A DNA stretch of 64,000 bases from Thermodesulfobacteriota bacterium (GTDB lineage: Bacteria; Desulfobacterota_D; UBA1144; Nemesobacterales; Mycalebacteriaceae), in NCBI GenBank assembly GCA_965226585.1, contig OZ245366.1, positions 1,420,248-1,484,247 on the forward strand, in the 5' to 3' direction. The notes under the pieces were generated by a model that saw only the letters and a program-made list of their open reading frames with translations, had not been told where the DNA came from and did no database searches. Numbering within the stretch: position 1 is the stretch's first letter; the number at the start of each line of letters is the position of its first letter. The translations under genes and the position numbers were made by a program. This document shows, piece after piece, positions 1 through 9,494 of the stretch.

Positions 1-912
1 GGGGCGGAGGTGTCGCTTGAGGCGCATCCGCTTTCGTGCGATGTCTTGAAGCTCAAAGGGTACACAGGGGCTGGAGTCAACCGGCTCAGCATCGGGGCGC
101 AGTCGTTTGACTCTGAAAAACTGAAGCGGCTCGGCAGGGGGCACGGGGCGGAAACCTGTTCGGAGGCGGTGAAAAACGCTAGAGCGGCGGGCTTTGAGAA
201 CCTGAGCGTGGACATCATCGCGGGCGCGCCCGGAGAAACGGCGCGGGCGTTTCGCGAAGACATAAAAAAAGCGGGAGAAACGGGGGCGAACCATATTTCT
301 GTCTACGGGCTCGAGATTGAGAAAGGAACCCGGTTTCACGCTCTCGCGCAGAGCGGGGAACTGAAACTTCCGTCTGCCGGGGAGACGGCAGACATGACAG
401 ATGCGGCGGCTTCTGAACTGCGGGCGCGGGGAATGGAGCGTTACGAAATATCAAGTTTTGCATTGCCAAACGGCGCGTGCCGCCACAACATAAACTACTG
501 GCGTTCGGGAAACTACATAGGCATCGGAGCGGGAGCGCACTCGCATCTCACAACCGCCGGGGCTCCTTTCGGGCTCAGGTGGGCTAACACACGAAATCCT
601 GCGGAATATATGGAGAAAGCCGCGCGGGGGGAACTTGCCCCGATGCGCGAGATGGATGCGGAAACGGGATTTTCCGACTGTGTGATGATGGGGCTCAGAC
701 TTACCGAAGGAATGAACCTTCGCAATGCCGAAAAGAAATTCGGTGTCCGGACAGACAGAGATTCTCTGCGGAAACTTGAAAGGGGCGGTTTTGTGCTTGA
801 ACGCGGACAAAACCTTAAAATCACCGTAAAAGGTCTTGCGGTCGCAAACTCAATTATTGCGGAAATCACGGGAAAAGCCGTGGCGGGGCATCCTGCGGGA
901 AATCTGATATAA
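1..912 (+). CDS. hemW: Radical SAM heme chaperone HemW / HemN-like protein (5' end outside window)
   Basis: [47 protein letters not shown] are HemN/HemW motifs; the CxxxCxxC motif would lie upstream of the window. Confidence 0.85.
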   Translation, partial: GAEVSLEAHPLSCDVLKLKGYTGAGVNRLSIGAQSFDSEKLKRLGRGHGAETCSEAVKNARAAGFENLSVDIIAGAPGETARAFREDIKKAGETGANHISVYGLEIEKGTRFHALAQSGELKLPSAGETADMTDAAASELRARGMERYEISSFALPNGACRHNINYWRSGNYIGIGAGAHSHLTTAGAPFGLRWANTRNPAEYMEKAARGELAPMREMDAETGFSDCVMMGLRLTEGMNLRNAEKKFGVRTDRDSLRKLERGGFVLERGQNLKITVKGLAVANSIIAEITGKAVAGHPAGNLI

Positions 913-946
913 TGCCCTGAAATTCCTTTATTTCCGGAGAAAAAAC

Positions 947-2251
947 ATGGCAAAAATTAAAACCGTAAAAGCGCGGGAAATTCTTGACTCGCGCGGAAAT
1001 CCGACAGTTGAAGTGGATATTGTGTGCGATGACGGCTCGTTCGGCAGGGCGGCGGTGCCGTCCGGGGCTTCAACGGGCAAATACGAAGCGCGGGAACTCA
1101 GAGACTCCGCGAAAAAGAAAAGATACGGCGGCAAAGGGGTGCTGAAAGCGGTTGAAAACGTGAACCGGATTCTTGCGCGGGCGGTGAAGGGAACAGACGC
1201 GCGGAAACAGGAGGAGGTTGACGGGAAGATGATGAAAAAAGACGCAACCCGCTCCAAATCGGGCATGGGGGCGAACGCCATTCTGGGAGTGTCTCTCGCG
1301 GCGGCAAGGGCGGCGGCGGAATCGGAAAAACTGCCCTTCCACGCCTACCTCTCAAAATTGAACGGGGCAAAACTGAAAGGGAAAACGCGCCCGTCTCTGC
1401 CCGTTCCGTTTATGAACATAATCAACGGCGGCGTCCACGCGGACAACAACCTTGACATTCAGGAGTTCATGCTCGTGCCTCACGGTTTCAAAACCTTCTC
1501 CGAATCGCTTCGCGCCGGGGTTGAGATATTTCACAGCCTCAAATCCCTTCTGAAATCAAAAGGGCTTTCCACCTCGGTTGGAGATGAAGGGGGCTTTGCC
1601 CCGGACTTGCGCTCCAATGAGCAGGCGATGGATTTCATAGCCCGTGCTGCGGAAAAAGCCGGATACAAAACCGGCGCGCAAGTGTCTCTCGCGATGGACG
1701 CGGCGGCAAGCGAGATGTTTTCGGGCGGAAAATACAAGATTGGCGGAAAGAATCTGTCTTCCGGCGCGCTTGTGAAAATGTATGAAAAATGGGCGAAAAA
1801 CTGGCCCCTCGTGTCCATTGAAGACCCCATGGATGAAAACGACTGGGAAGGATGGCGCGAAATTACCGCAAGCATCGGGGGCAAGGTCAGGATTGTGGGA
1901 GACGACCTGTTTGTTACAAACAGCGCGCGGCTTCAAAAGGGCATCAACACCGGAGCCGGAAACTCAATTCTTATAAAGGTCAACCAGATAGGGACGCTTT
2001 CAGAAACTTTTGACGCGATGAACCTCGCGGCGGCTGAGGGATACGGCGCGATGGTATCGCACCGTTCGGGGGAAACCGAAGACTCCGCAATCGCGGACAT
2101 AGCGGTCGCAACGGGATGCGGCTCCATCAAAACCGGCGCGCCGTGCAGGGGAGAGAGAACGGCAAAATACAACCGCCTGTTGAGGATTGAGGAGGAGCTC
2201 GGAAGAAAAGCGGTGTTTGCGGGAAAGGGATTTTTCGGTAGAGTTCAGTAG
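947..2251 (+). CDS. eno: Enolase
   Basis: [58 protein letters not shown] upstream. Confidence 0.99.
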   Translation: MAKIKTVKAREILDSRGNPTVEVDIVCDDGSFGRAAVPSGASTGKYEARELRDSAKKKRYGGKGVLKAVENVNRILARAVKGTDARKQEEVDGKMMKKDATRSKSGMGANAILGVSLAAARAAAESEKLPFHAYLSKLNGAKLKGKTRPSLPVPFMNIINGGVHADNNLDIQEFMLVPHGFKTFSESLRAGVEIFHSLKSLLKSKGLSTSVGDEGGFAPDLRSNEQAMDFIARAAEKAGYKTGAQVSLAMDAAASEMFSGGKYKIGGKNLSSGALVKMYEKWAKNWPLVSIEDPMDENDWEGWREITASIGGKVRIVGDDLFVTNSARLQKGINTGAGNSILIKVNQIGTLSETFDAMNLAAAEGYGAMVSHRSGETEDSAIADIAVATGCGSIKTGAPCRGERTAKYNRLLRIEEELGRKAVFAGKGFFGRVQ

Positions 2252-2296
2252 AGGAACATGGGTGAAAAAAGTTAGTTTTTTTAAGGAAACGGGAGC

Positions 2297-3724
2297 ATGA
2301 GCGGCGGAACTCTTTTTGACAAGATATGGCAGTCGCACCTCGTCAGCGAAGGCACAGACGGAAAGCCGGACCTCCTCTACATAGACCTGCATCTGGTTCA
2401 CGAAGTAACTTCCCCTCAGGCGTTTGAGGGTCTTGAGATGGAGGGCAGAAAAGTCCGCCGTCCCGAACTCACCTTCGCAACGATGGATCACAACGTTCCA
2501 ACCACCGGAAGGGGCAAGCCGATAAAAGACAACATCAGCGCCCTGCAGATAGAAACTTTGAGAGAAAACTGCCGGAAGTTCGGCATATCCCTTTTTGACA
2601 TCGTTCCCGACGCCGGAATTGAAGACCTTCAGGGCATAGTCCACGTGATAGGTCCCGAACTGGGTCTCACAAGACCCGGAATGACGATAGTTTGCGGCGA
2701 CAGCCACACGTCCACTCACGGGGCTTTCGGCTCTCTGGCGTTTGGAATCGGAACAAGCGAAGTGGAGCACGTTCTCGCGACCCAATGCCTCCGGCAAACG
2801 CGACCGCAGACTTTTGAGATTCGGGTTGACGGCAAAAGGGGCTCCGGAGTTACGGCAAAAGACATAATCCTCGCAATCATAGGCCGCTTAGGAACCGCCG
2901 GCGCGACCGGATACGCGGTTGAATACTCGGGCGAAGCCATACGCGACCTCTCAATGGAAGAACGGATGACGGTTTGCAACATGTCCATAGAGGCGGGAGC
3001 GAAAGCCGGAATGATAGCGGCGGACGAAAAAACCTTTGAATACGCGGCGGGAAAGCTTTACTCGCCGCCGCCGGAACAGATGGACAAAGCCATAGGGGAG
3101 TGGAGAGAATGTGTTTCCGATGAAGACGCGGTTTTTGACAAAACGCTCGTGATGGACGCGGAAAAAATCGCCCCTCAGGTAACGTGGGGAACAAATCCCG
3201 GAATGGTGGCGGAGGTGAACGGCTCCGTTCCGGACCCGGAAGATGCGGAGAACGGGCAGCAGAGAGACGCCATGCGCCGGGCACTTGAATACATGGGGCT
3301 GAAAGCCGGAACTCCGATAACCGACATCAAGATAGACAGGGTGTTTGTGGGCTCATGCACGAACTCCCGCATTGAAGACCTGACCGAAGTCGCGCGCATA
3401 GTGAAAGGAAAAAAAGTTGCCAAAGGCGTGAGGGCGATGGTTGTTCCGGGCTCTCAGTCGGTTAAGAAACAGGCCGAAGAAATGGGGATAGACAAAATAC
3501 TCAAAGAGGCGGGTTTTGAATGGCGCGAATCGGGATGCAGTATGTGTCTGGGAATGAACCCGGATATCCTCGCGCCCGGAGAAAGATGCGCCAGCACTTC
3601 AAACAGAAACTTTGAAGGGCGGCAGGGCAAAGGCGGCAGAACGCACCTCGCAAGCCCCGTGATGGCGGCGGCGGCGGCGCTTGAAGGGCGATTTGTTGAC
3701 GTCCGCGAGTGGGAAAAACGGTAA
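2297..3724 (+). CDS. leuC: 3-isopropylmalate dehydratase large subunit
   Basis: [56 protein letters not shown]. Confidence 0.98.
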   Translation: MSGGTLFDKIWQSHLVSEGTDGKPDLLYIDLHLVHEVTSPQAFEGLEMEGRKVRRPELTFATMDHNVPTTGRGKPIKDNISALQIETLRENCRKFGISLFDIVPDAGIEDLQGIVHVIGPELGLTRPGMTIVCGDSHTSTHGAFGSLAFGIGTSEVEHVLATQCLRQTRPQTFEIRVDGKRGSGVTAKDIILAIIGRLGTAGATGYAVEYSGEAIRDLSMEERMTVCNMSIEAGAKAGMIAADEKTFEYAAGKLYSPPPEQMDKAIGEWRECVSDEDAVFDKTLVMDAEKIAPQVTWGTNPGMVAEVNGSVPDPEDAENGQQRDAMRRALEYMGLKAGTPITDIKIDRVFVGSCTNSRIEDLTEVARIVKGKKVAKGVRAMVVPGSQSVKKQAEEMGIDKILKEAGFEWRESGCSMCLGMNPDILAPGERCASTSNRNFEGRQGKGGRTHLASPVMAAAAALEGRFVDVREWEKR

Positions 3725-4359
3725 TGGAGAAGTTCACAAAAATAAAAGCTAAAGTCGCCCCGCTTGACCGGGCAAATGTTGACACAGACCAGATAATTCC
3801 AAAACAATTTCTAAAAAGAGTGGAAAGAACGGGATTTGGCGAGTTTCTTTTCTACGACTGGCGTTTCCTTGACGACGGCAAAACCCCCAATCCGGATTTT
3901 GAGATGAACGAAGAACGCTACAAAGGCGCGGGAGTTCTGATAGCAAGGGAAAACTTCGGCGGCGGCAGTTCGCGGGAGCACGCGCCGTGGTCTATAAGAG
4001 AGTTCGGTTTCAGGGTGATAATCGCCCCGTCTTTTGCTGATATCTTCTACAACAACTGTTTCAAAAACTCCATACTTCCGGTGAAACTTGACCGCGAAAC
4101 GGTTGACGGGCTTTTTGAAACCGTGAGGACAAACCCCGGATTCACTCTGGAGGTGGATTTGGAAAAACAAACCATAAAGGGAGACGGCGCGGCTTTTGAG
4201 TTTGAGATTGACCCTTTCAGAAAGCGCACCCTTCTTGAAGGGCTTGACGACATATCGCAGACACTCAAGGAAAGCGGACTGATAGGCGGCTACGAAAGCG
4301 CGAGGGTTGAGAGCAGACCGTGGGGTTTTCCTGGAAAACAGACTGGAGCGGGGAGGTGA
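3724..4359 (+). CDS. leuD: 3-isopropylmalate dehydratase small subunit
   Basis: [38 protein letters not shown] at 3724 overlaps leuC stop (TAATG). Confidence 0.97.
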   Translation: MEKFTKIKAKVAPLDRANVDTDQIIPKQFLKRVERTGFGEFLFYDWRFLDDGKTPNPDFEMNEERYKGAGVLIARENFGGGSSREHAPWSIREFGFRVIIAPSFADIFYNNCFKNSILPVKLDRETVDGLFETVRTNPGFTLEVDLEKQTIKGDGAAFEFEIDPFRKRTLLEGLDDISQTLKESGLIGGYESARVESRPWGFPGKQTGAGR

Positions 4360-4363
4360 AAAT

Positions 4364-4882
4364 ATGAACATTAAAATCACAACGCGGCACATTAACGACA
4401 GAAGAACGGCAAAAAAAATGAAGGAATACATGCTTTCAAAACTGCCGAGAGTGGGACGTTATCTGCACAAACAGGGAGAGGAAGCGGCCGTCAGCGCGGT
4501 CTTGTCATCAGAAAAACTGAGGCACACGGCTGAGGTGAATGTTGCGGGAACAAGGCTTTCGGCAACCGCCACGGTAACTTCAGACGACCTGAGCACATCC
4601 ATAGACAACGTTATGGACGCGGTTGTCAAACAACTCAGGCGCAAAGGCGACAAACGGCTCGCGGCGCGAAGGAGGAAAGCCCCGGAGCGCAGTGTTGAGC
4701 CCCCTTCCGCGCCGGCGGTGAAGATTCAAAAGGTTGCCGCGAAACTCGTTTCCCCCGAAGAGGCGGTGATGCAGGTACAGTCATCGGGTAAAGATTTTCT
4801 CGTCTTTACCAACAGCGAAACGCTTGAGATGAACGTGGTCTACAGGAGAGACAAGAAAATCTTTCGCATTGTTCCCCGTTAG
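4364..4882 (+). CDS. hpf: Ribosome hibernation promoting factor (long HPF/RaiA)
   Basis: MNIKITTRH start, SIDNVMDAVVKQLRRK, C-terminal SPEEAVMQ..FLVFTN..MNVVYRR; GGAGGTG RBS; sits before ptsN. Confidence 0.85.
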   Translation: MNIKITTRHINDRRTAKKMKEYMLSKLPRVGRYLHKQGEEAAVSAVLSSEKLRHTAEVNVAGTRLSATATVTSDDLSTSIDNVMDAVVKQLRRKGDKRLAARRRKAPERSVEPPSAPAVKIQKVAAKLVSPEEAVMQVQSSGKDFLVFTNSETLEMNVVYRRDKKIFRIVPR

Positions 4883-4912
4883 CCGCGAGAGAAGACGCAA
4901 AAGGGAAACGGA

Positions 4913-5365
4913 ATGAAAATCGCCGATGTTTTAACCAGAGACGCCATCATAAAGTCGCTTCAGGCGACCACGAAGCGTGATGTGTTGAAAGAGATTTCTG
5001 AAACCGTGGCGGGCCTTTCCCCGTCTCTCAATGCGGAGACGCTTTTCAAAATGCTTATGGAGAGAGAGGAGTTGTGCAGTACGGCTCTTGACCACGGTGT
5101 GGCGGTGCCTCATTTGCGGATGCACGGGCTGTCTGAGCCTGTGGCGGCTTTTGCGAGAAGCGAGCAAGGCGTGGATTTCGGGTCTCTTGACGGAAAACCC
5201 ACTCACCTGTTTATGACGATAATCGCATCAGAATCTCGCGCCGATGAATACATCAGCCTGCTTGCGGGCGTAACATCTGTGCTGAAAGACGGCGGAATGA
5301 GAGAGCGGCTGGAAAAAGCGGAATCAACAAAAGATATTTTTGAAACCCTTGTCGGTGAACTCTGA
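4913..5365 (+). CDS. ptsN: PTS EIIA (Ntr/fructose family)
   Basis: EREELCSTALDHGVAVPH phospho-His motif, GVDFGSLDGKP. Confidence 0.88.
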   Translation: MKIADVLTRDAIIKSLQATTKRDVLKEISETVAGLSPSLNAETLFKMLMEREELCSTALDHGVAVPHLRMHGLSEPVAAFARSEQGVDFGSLDGKPTHLFMTIIASESRADEYISLLAGVTSVLKDGGMRERLEKAESTKDIFETLVGEL

Positions 5366-5396
5366 GGAGGCGGGGTTGCTGAAACGGTGAGGGAAA

Positions 5397-6350
5397 ATGG
5401 CGGAGAATAAACAGGTCAGCGTCGGGGAACTGAAGGAGAAGTGGTTTTCCCATCTCAAACTGGGCGGGGTTAGAGGCAAAACCGGTTTTGACGCTCTCAT
5501 AACAAAAGCGCCCGTTCGCAAACCGGGGCTCAGAATGACCGAAAGACCCATGAAACTTGATGCCGGGCACGTTTACGTTCTGGGCGAAACCGAATGCGGC
5601 TACATAGACAAACTGTCGCCGAAAGAGCGCAAGGATCTTGCCGGAGAGCTGGTAAAGCAGAAAATCCCCTGCTTCGTGGTCTCTGACGGCATAAACATTC
5701 ACCCCGGCTTTATGTCTTTGATGAAAAAAATGTCGGTTGCCGTGTTCAAAAGCGACAGCCCGCTTGAAGCGCTGATGGCGACTCTGGGCGAACTGCTTGA
5801 ATGGCGGCTCGCGCCTTTTAAGACTCTTCACGCGACCCTTGTGGTGGTTCACGGAACGGGAACTCTGATAACGGGCAAAAGCGGCGTGGGCAAAAGCGAA
5901 TGCGCTCTTGACCTTATAGCGCGGGGCTGGCAATTCGTCTCAGACGATGTTGTGGAAATCAAAAGAGTCGGGGCGCATCTGCTCGGCTCGGCTCCCGAAA
6001 CGGTAAAGCACATGATGGAAATAAGGGGCGTGGGAATTGTGAACATAGCCGACCTGTTCGGAAGAACATCGGTTATGGACAACCACCTTATAGACATGGT
6101 GATAGACATTGAGCCGTGGGACGAGGGCTTGGAATACGACCGTCTGGGGCTTGACAGCAAAAAGATAAAAATACTTGAGGTTGAGCTTCCGGTTGTGAAA
6201 ATACCGGTGCGCCCCGGAAGAAACATCACCACTCTGGCTGAAGTTGCGGTGAGAAACCACATTCTGAAAACAAGCGGAATCAACCCGTTTGACTCCCTTC
6301 CCGAAGCGCTTCTCGGAAAGAAAAGCGACGAAAAACGGCGGAAAACATGA
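5397..6350 (+). CDS. hprK: HPr kinase/phosphorylase
   Basis: GKSGVGKSECALDLIARG, VSDDVVEI, MEIRGVGI, IPVRPGRN. Confidence 0.96.
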   Translation: MAENKQVSVGELKEKWFSHLKLGGVRGKTGFDALITKAPVRKPGLRMTERPMKLDAGHVYVLGETECGYIDKLSPKERKDLAGELVKQKIPCFVVSDGINIHPGFMSLMKKMSVAVFKSDSPLEALMATLGELLEWRLAPFKTLHATLVVVHGTGTLITGKSGVGKSECALDLIARGWQFVSDDVVEIKRVGAHLLGSAPETVKHMMEIRGVGIVNIADLFGRTSVMDNHLIDMVIDIEPWDEGLEYDRLGLDSKKIKILEVELPVVKIPVRPGRNITTLAEVAVRNHILKTSGINPFDSLPEALLGKKSDEKRRKT

Positions 6351-7189
6351 AACTTCTGCTGATAATCACCGGACTTTCGGGAGCGGGCAAAAGCACGGCG
6401 CTGAGCCTTTTTGAAGACCGGGGTTTTATCTGCACGGACAATATGCCGCCCAATCTCATCGGGGCTTTTGTGAAAGAGCACGGGGGTCCGTTTGCCGTTG
6501 TTGTTGATTCAAGAACTCCGGGCGGCGGGATTTGCGGGAACATATCGGCGATTGCGTCTGAACTTAAAGGCGAGGCGAGGGTTGAGACGATATTTCTTGA
6601 CTCTTCCGACCGCACGATTGTAAAGCGGTACGGGGAGACGCGCAGAAACCACCCGCTTTCGCGTGACGGAAACATAGCCGAGGGCATAGAAAAAGAGCGC
6701 GCTCTGCTGAGAGAGGTGAGGGAAAAGGCGGACACGATTGTTGACACAAGCGCCTTCAACCCGCACGAACTCAGAGAGCATTTGACCTCTTTCGCGCGGC
6801 TTGAAACGGAAGGGGATATCCGCGTCAACATAACCTCGTTCGGTTTCAAGCACGGGCCGCCGCCGGATGCGGACATGGTTTTTGACTCGCGCATGCTTCC
6901 AAATCCCAACTTCACCCCGAACCTCAAGCCCTTGTGCGGAAAGGATGATGAAATCAGGGAATTTGTGTTCGCATCTCCCGAAGCCCGTGAATTTCTTGAC
7001 AAAGCCGCGGGCATAATTGATTTTGTAGTCGGAATGTACAGGGGAAAGGACAAACTCTATCTCAACGTCGCGGTCGGCTGCACGGGAGGCAGGCACAGGT
7101 CTGTTGCGGTGGCGGAGGCGATTGGAAGGAGCGGTGGAATTTCCGTAAAAAATATAAAGGTCGGGCACAGAGACATTGAAAAAATCTGA
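6347..7189 (+). CDS. rapZ: RNase adaptor RapZ (YvcJ/YhbJ P-loop protein)
   Basis: ITGLSGAGKS, ETRRNHPL, SFGFKHG, GCTGGRHRSV. Confidence 0.95.
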   Translation: MKLLLIITGLSGAGKSTALSLFEDRGFICTDNMPPNLIGAFVKEHGGPFAVVVDSRTPGGGICGNISAIASELKGEARVETIFLDSSDRTIVKRYGETRRNHPLSRDGNIAEGIEKERALLREVREKADTIVDTSAFNPHELREHLTSFARLETEGDIRVNITSFGFKHGPPPDADMVFDSRMLPNPNFTPNLKPLCGKDDEIREFVFASPEAREFLDKAAGIIDFVVGMYRGKDKLYLNVAVGCTGGRHRSVAVAEAIGRSGGISVKNIKVGHRDIEKI

Positions 7190-7190
7190 G

Positions 7191-7622
7191 ATGAAACTGA
7201 TACTGGTTGTTACTCACGGCGATCTTGCGGTTGAGTTTATAAAAACGGTTGAGTTTGTGCTGGGTGAGAAGCCGGCGGTTGAGATAAGGAGCATTTCTTT
7301 TGCTCCGGAGGGCGGTTTTGAGATGCTTTCGGGCGAGATTGAAAAACATCTTGGGGACAGAAAGCGGGAAGCGATAATTCTGACCGATATGTTTGGCGGA
7401 ACGCCGTCAAATGTGAGTTTGACTTTCCTTGAACCCGGAAAGGTTGAGGTTATAACGGGGCTTAATCTGCCGATGCTTCTAAAACTCGCCGCGATGAAGC
7501 CGCACACGCCGCTTGAAAAAGCCGTTGAAGCGGCGAAAAAAGCCGGACGCGAAAACGTGGTTTCGGCTGGCGACATACTGAACAAAAGCATCCCGCACGA
7601 ATCAGGAGACAAAGACAAATGA
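7191..7622 (+). CDS. PTS EIIA component, mannose family
   Basis: LVVTHGDLA, TDMFGGTPSN, ITGLNLPML. Confidence 0.9.
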   Translation: MKLILVVTHGDLAVEFIKTVEFVLGEKPAVEIRSISFAPEGGFEMLSGEIEKHLGDRKREAIILTDMFGGTPSNVSLTFLEPGKVEVITGLNLPMLLKLAAMKPHTPLEKAVEAAKKAGRENVVSAGDILNKSIPHESGDKDK

Positions 7623-7948
7623 CGGATGAGCAGTTTGAGAAAGCGGTTGGCAAGTGGAAAAGTTTCATACTTAACGGGCCCCTCGCGGAGTACAGTCTCG
7701 ACATCGCGCCTGAGATTTCAAAGGAGTTTGCCGCAGTCGCTCTGTTTCTGGATATGCAAACCGTCAGGGCTTCGGGAAATGATGAAAAATTCTACGAGGG
7801 CTACAGGGAGGCGTCTTCAGACCTTCTCAAGTTTATGGGGATTGAGATGTTTCAGGATGATGAGCGGAAGAGGGTTGCGCTTGTTCCGTCTTCGCGCGAC
7901 CCTGAGGCGCAGGCGCGTCTTGCCCGCAGTATGTGGGGAGAGGTTTAG
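7619..7948 (+). CDS. Hypothetical protein
   Basis: ATGA-coupled to EIIA gene; no recognisable motif. Confidence 0.6.
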   Translation: MTDEQFEKAVGKWKSFILNGPLAEYSLDIAPEISKEFAAVALFLDMQTVRASGNDEKFYEGYREASSDLLKFMGIEMFQDDERKRVALVPSSRDPEAQARLARSMWGEV

Positions 7949-7968
7949 AGGCGGCGGTCTTTTTTCCC

Positions 7969-8772
7969 ATGCGGATTGTTGACAGATTTGACGCATTTCT
8001 GATAGACATTGACGGAACCGTTGAAGAGGGCGCGGCTCCGGTGGCGCGGGCGGTTGCGTCTCTAAAAAAACTAAAAAAAACCGGAAAGCCGTTTTTATTT
8101 CTAACAAACAACGCCCGCCTCTCGCCGGGGGGATGGGCAAAAAAATTCAGAGAGAGGGGAATAGACGGCGTGCGCGCCGGGGATGTTGTAACTTCTGCAA
8201 CTTCAACCGCGCGTTTCATAGAGCGCAGGTTCAAAGACCCTTGTTCAAAAAGGGCGTTTGTGGCGGGCAGTTCCGCTCTTGTGTCTGAAATACGGAAAAC
8301 GGGAATTAGTCTTATAAAGCACGGCGAGGTGTCTTGCGGGTGTGATGTTGTGATAGTGGGCGGGCACAAGGGTTTTAATTATTCAGACATAGCCGCCGCC
8401 GGAACCGCCGTCAGAAACGGCGCGGTTTTTCTCGCGACAAACTCAAACTTTGTTTATCCCGCTGGAAACGGGGAGTTTATGCCCGCCACCGGAGCCCTTG
8501 CGGCGGCGGTTGAAAAGGTGTCGCGCAAAAGACCTGTTATCACCGGAAAACCGCATCCCGGCATTTTCAAGATGTGCATGAAGATTCTCGGCACCGGCGC
8601 GGAGAGAACCGCGGTTATTGGAGACAGTTTGAAAACCGACATCAAGGGCGGAAAAAGAGCGGGAATAAAAACCGTTCTCACGCTCACGGGAATTTCATCA
8701 AGGGCGGACATACAAAAATCCCGCCACAAACCGGATTATGTGATTGAAGATTTATCGGGGCTGTTTGGGTAA
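7969..8772 (+). CDS. HAD-IIA family hydrolase (NagD-like)
   Basis: FLIDIDGTV, FLTNN, GKPHP, VIGDSLKTDIKGG, TLTGIS. Confidence 0.92.
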   Translation: MRIVDRFDAFLIDIDGTVEEGAAPVARAVASLKKLKKTGKPFLFLTNNARLSPGGWAKKFRERGIDGVRAGDVVTSATSTARFIERRFKDPCSKRAFVAGSSALVSEIRKTGISLIKHGEVSCGCDVVIVGGHKGFNYSDIAAAGTAVRNGAVFLATNSNFVYPAGNGEFMPATGALAAAVEKVSRKRPVITGKPHPGIFKMCMKILGTGAERTAVIGDSLKTDIKGGKRAGIKTVLTLTGISSRADIQKSRHKPDYVIEDLSGLFG

Positions 8773-8795
8773 CCCGTTAAAACCTTGTAAAGAGG

Positions 8796-9254
8796 TTAAG
8801 CCCTCACGCCTATTTCAAGGCGCAAGCCGAGAAGCGATGAGACTTTGCAAAGTTGTGTAAGGTTTTTATTGGGTAGCGCGGGGTTTAGCAGCCGCTGAAT
8901 TTGATTATCTGAAGTTTTCAGACAGCGAGCCAGATACTTCTTTGAAATTTTCTTGCGTAACAGTTCTTCGTTTATGCGAGCAACTGTGTTTTCAATTTGA
9001 TTTTGAAGAACATATTCGGGGTCTTGTGTGAGAAAAAGCGGTTGGTCTGAGGGCATATAATCCGCCGTGCCATCAGCAAACTTCAGCCCCAGAGTCATGT
9101 TTTTTGTTTCTTTGTCTATCCACACTTTTTCAATGTTTTTGCCTATGCCGATTGAGCCGTAATGAACTGTCGCCTCTTTGCCGCTTGCGTAGACAACATT
9201 AATCTCTTTCTTTCTATTGGAAAAAGTGGCTGATTTGAGTTTCGGAGTTTTCAT
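8796..9254 (-). CDS. Putative antitoxin with C-terminal HTH
   Basis: Coupled (ATGA) to DUF4160-like gene; C-terminal ISKKYLARCLKTSDNQIQRLLNP is HTH-like. Confidence 0.6.
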   Translation of the reverse strand: MKTPKLKSATFSNRKKEINVVYASGKEATVHYGSIGIGKNIEKVWIDKETKNMTLGLKFADGTADYMPSDQPLFLTQDPEYVLQNQIENTVARINEELLRKKISKKYLARCLKTSDNQIQRLLNPALPNKNLTQLCKVSSLLGLRLEIGVRA

Positions 9255-9445
9255 ATCTTTCCCTCCCTTGCGAGTTCCTCAAGGATTTTTCTCAACTTTC
9301 CGCTCATGCGTCCGCTCAAAACCCTCATTTGCGGAACGGAAACTTTGGCGACAAAATCACCGTCTTTATAGATGTGAACATGCTTCGGCTGGTGGTCTCC
9401 CATCCACCATTCAATTATGTAACCGCCGCGCTTTTCCCGTCCCAT
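9251..9445 (-). CDS. DUF4160-family small protein (putative toxin)
   Basis: DHQPKHVHIY motif typical of DUF4160; 64 aa. Confidence 0.7.
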   Translation of the reverse strand: MGREKRGGYIIEWWMGDHQPKHVHIYKDGDFVAKVSVPQMRVLSGRMSGKLRKILEELAREGKI

Positions 9446-9454
9446 TGGTAAACA

Positions 9455-9470
9455 CTACTATATGTAGTAG
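9455..9470. promoter_or_regulatory. Inverted repeat CTACTA-TATG-TAGTAG, probable TA operator overlapping the promoter
   Basis: 6-bp palindromic arms within the spacer of a TGGACA-N17-TAGTGT minus-strand promoter, 6 nt before the ATG at 9445. Confidence 0.5.
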
Positions 9471-9494
9471 AGGTTGTCCAATTATACTCAACGG

